Shown one piece after another: positions 23,836-25,613 of a stretch of 25,613 nucleotides of DNA. The position numbers were made by a program, and so were the translations under genes. Position 1 is the stretch's first letter; each line of letters begins with the position of its first letter. Under the pieces are notes generated by a model. It worked only from the letters and a program-made list of their open reading frames with translations, was not told the origin of the DNA and did no database searches. Source of the DNA: Nanobdellota archaeon. Lineage in GTDB: Archaea; Nanobdellota; Nanobdellia; Pacearchaeales; GW2011-AR1. The stretch covers positions 1 to 25,613 of the forward strand of contig JAGVNG010000026.1 of NCBI GenBank assembly GCA_020053375.1, given 5' to 3'.

Positions 23836-24579
23836 TTAACTTATTAGTCTTTTTGAAATAAAAAACCCGAAAATTCCCAAGAAAAATAAAATAATTCCAA
23901 GAAAATTAGAACCACTCTTATCTAAATTTCCAATAATATTTCCTGTTAAGTTTGGAGATAAAAGAAACAAACTAAAAATAAAAAGAGAAATAAAGACACC
24001 TAAAACAACTTTTTCTTCAAGAGATTTCTTTTTGGGTATTCCTCTATTTCTATTTTTAATATATCCTCCGAAATTTTTAATATCTATTTTTGAACCTAAA
24101 ATATGAATTTGAGAGCTTTCAAAAGGAATAATTGTATTTTGATACCCCCCTTCATCAGAAATAATTGAATCATGCTTTTCTTGCATTGCCAAAACTTTAT
24201 CAATTTCCACATCATTACTGTTTACAATATCTTCAATATAGCTTGGAGATCTTATATCCAAAACTAAAGGATAAATTTTATTCATGGTATTATACCTTTT
24301 AAACACATTTAGGAAATTAATATTCTTGGTAGTAAACAGGCCTTTTGATATTTCTTGTTTTATTCTAAATTTTAAATTCCCTCTCGGTGTCCAGTTGGAT
24401 ATTGTGTCAAAATTATCTAATTTATTTTTTTTGCTTCCATGGTAAACAATTTCTCTAACCTTACTTTCTGGAAAAATAGTTTTAAGGTATTCTAAATAGT
24501 CCTCTTTTGTTCCTATCTTACCTAACTCTGGATTTTGTTGAAAAACAAAATCAACCTGTTTTTTTGAATATCCTTTCAT
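23836..24579 (-). CDS. hypothetical membrane-anchored protein (soluble N-domain plus 2 C-terminal TM helices)
   Basis: 247-aa ORF. TM helices VVLGVFISLFIFSLFLL and FLGIILFFLGIFGFFI. The N-domain has VYHGS...F, GLFTT and later Glu residues, faintly reminiscent of H-Y-E ADP-ribosyltransferases (speculative). Confidence 0.55.
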   Translation of the reverse strand: MKGYSKKQVDFVFQQNPELGKIGTKEDYLEYLKTIFPESKVREIVYHGSKKNKLDNFDTISNWTPRGNLKFRIKQEISKGLFTTKNINFLNVFKRYNTMNKIYPLVLDIRSPSYIEDIVNSNDVEIDKVLAMQEKHDSIISDEGGYQNTIIPFESSQIHILGSKIDIKNFGGYIKNRNRGIPKKKSLEEKVVLGVFISLFIFSLFLLSPNLTGNIIGNLDKSGSNFLGIILFFLGIFGFFISKRLIS

Positions 24580-24609
24580 CTAATAAATACTTTCTTTAAT
24601 TTTAAATAT

Positions 24610-25041
24610 TTACTCCTTGCCTTTGTAGTATTTCTTATATCCCTGTCTCTCAAATTCCTGGTTTAGAAGCTCATCTGCAAGAACCTGGAATTTGTCTTCC
24701 CTGCTTACATGTATATATTTTACTTTTTTGAATTTATCCTGCATTCTCTGGACAACAAGGAACAACTCAATCATTTTGGGATGAACCACTTTGTATTTTC
24801 CCATCAACTGCTTGTAAACCAGCTCTGAATCCATAACACAGGTGACTTCCTCTTTGGTGTATCTCTGTGCCAGCTCAAGGGCCTTTATCAGGGCATCATA
24901 TTCAGCAATATTGTTTGTAACTTGTTTTCCTATAAACTCGCTGTGCTTCGCAAGAATTTTGCCATCTTCCCGAACAATGACTCCTATTGCTCCTGGTCCC
25001 GGATTTCCCCTTGCTCCGCCGTCAGAATTGGTGAATATCAT
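24610..25041 (-). CDS. rnhA: ribonuclease HI (type 1 RNase H)
   Basis: 143 aa. SDGGARGNPGPGAIG (D), NNIAEYDALIKALE (E), DSELVYKQL (D) and ADELLN (D) form the DEDD catalytic pattern of stand-alone archaeal/bacterial RNase HI. Confidence 0.88.
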   Translation of the reverse strand: MIFTNSDGGARGNPGPGAIGVIVREDGKILAKHSEFIGKQVTNNIAEYDALIKALELAQRYTKEEVTCVMDSELVYKQLMGKYKVVHPKMIELFLVVQRMQDKFKKVKYIHVSREDKFQVLADELLNQEFERQGYKKYYKGKE

Positions 25042-25052
25042 ATTAGGTATAA

Positions 25053-25286
25053 TTAAATTTTAGAAGCAATATATTCAACAAAAGCGATATATCCATATGT
25101 TTTTCCTACTTCTATTCCCACTCCAATTAACGCAAGTATTCCATTTATTTCAGAAAATCTATTTGCAGTATAACTGGGAACTAAATGTTTCGCAACTTCT
25201 TTATACCATGGAGTTGCCCGATTGTCATAGAAATTATTTATTTTCTTCATTAATCCCGTAGCAGGTCTTATTATTTTTTCCGCCAT
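25053..25286 (-). CDS. hypothetical small protein with one hydrophobic segment
   Basis: 77-aa ORF with the hydrophobic stretch INGILALIGVGIEVG. No recognised motif. Confidence 0.4.
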   Translation of the reverse strand: MAEKIIRPATGLMKKINNFYDNRATPWYKEVAKHLVPSYTANRFSEINGILALIGVGIEVGKTYGYIAFVEYIASKI

Positions 25287-25331
25287 TTTTTAGTTATACT
25301 TTATTTGTTAATAAATTTTATTATGTTTGAT

Positions 25332-25607
25332 TTATATATGCAGCACCTTGAAGTTCTTGAAATCCTGGAACTTTTCTTCTTTCTCTTCCACGCTTTTTAT
25401 CTGGGAGTGCTTTGGACCTGTCTTGCATACCGCAATCATCTTATTTACATCATTAACATCGCCTTCCAGAAAAATTTCTATTCTTCCATCATCAAGATTT
25501 CTTATGAACCCCTTTACATTGCATCTTTCAGCATTTTCCTTGACAAAATCTCTGAAGAATATTCCCTGAACGATTCCATTGATGTATAATCTGATTGATT
25601 TTTTCAT
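25332..25607 (-). CDS. acyP: acylphosphatase
   Basis: 91 aa. Signature INGIVQGIFFRDFV (V-x-G-x-V-Q-G-V-x-F-R) and GFIRNLDDGRIEI. Confidence 0.88.
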   Translation of the reverse strand: MKKSIRLYINGIVQGIFFRDFVKENAERCNVKGFIRNLDDGRIEIFLEGDVNDVNKMIAVCKTGPKHSQIKSVEEKEEKFQDFKNFKVLHI

Positions 25608-25613
25608 GAAAAA

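Noticed and set aside
24610-25041. RNase HI as a dedicated DGR accessory (2.3 kb from the TR)
   Set aside because: Stand-alone RNase HI is a common housekeeping gene. It is on the opposite strand and is separated from the TR by lysS and another gene. There is no evidence of linkage.
1-25613. CRISPR arrays, tRNA/rRNA genes, transposases or integrases, prophage boundaries
   Set aside because: Reading the intergenic regions by eye, I found no regularly spaced direct repeats, no GC-rich cloverleaf-like segments and no recombinase motifs. A tRNAscan/Infernal run would be needed for certainty.

Overview
AT-rich archaeal chromosomal segment. The gene content fits a small-genome, DPANN-like archaeon. 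It carries a thermosome, PCNA, a single-chain PriS-PriL-like primase, a type-1 RNase H and class II LysRS. TATA boxes end about 21-24 nt upstream of many ATGs, which suggests leaderless mRNAs. There are many secreted or membrane-anchored Cys-rich surface proteins. About 30 protein genes are supportable. I recognised no rRNA, tRNA, CRISPR array, transposase or integrase.

The main result is a diversity-generating retroelement (DGR) signature.
- An 84-nt non-coding, AAC-rich template repeat (TR, 22230-22313) matches the 3' ends of two paralogous genes: VR1 at 14408-14491 and VR2 at 21767-21847.
- The mismatches fall almost only on TR adenines.
- Both VRs are followed by an identical 51-nt block containing a small GC hairpin.
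- No reverse transcriptase is encoded in this window, so the TR looks unlinked from its RT.

Other items worth a second look:
- a surface operon whose first gene ends in a bacterial-OMP-like 8-strand beta-barrel with a terminal Phe;
- a Cys-free PriL-CTD-like domain fused to PriS;
- a TrxR-like flavoenzyme with degenerate NADPH motifs;
- a ComEA / PD-(D/E)xK nuclease / HD hydrolase cluster;
- a shared palindromic element upstream of three promoters;
- two simple-sequence tracts, (TA)10 and G9, at gene 5' ends.
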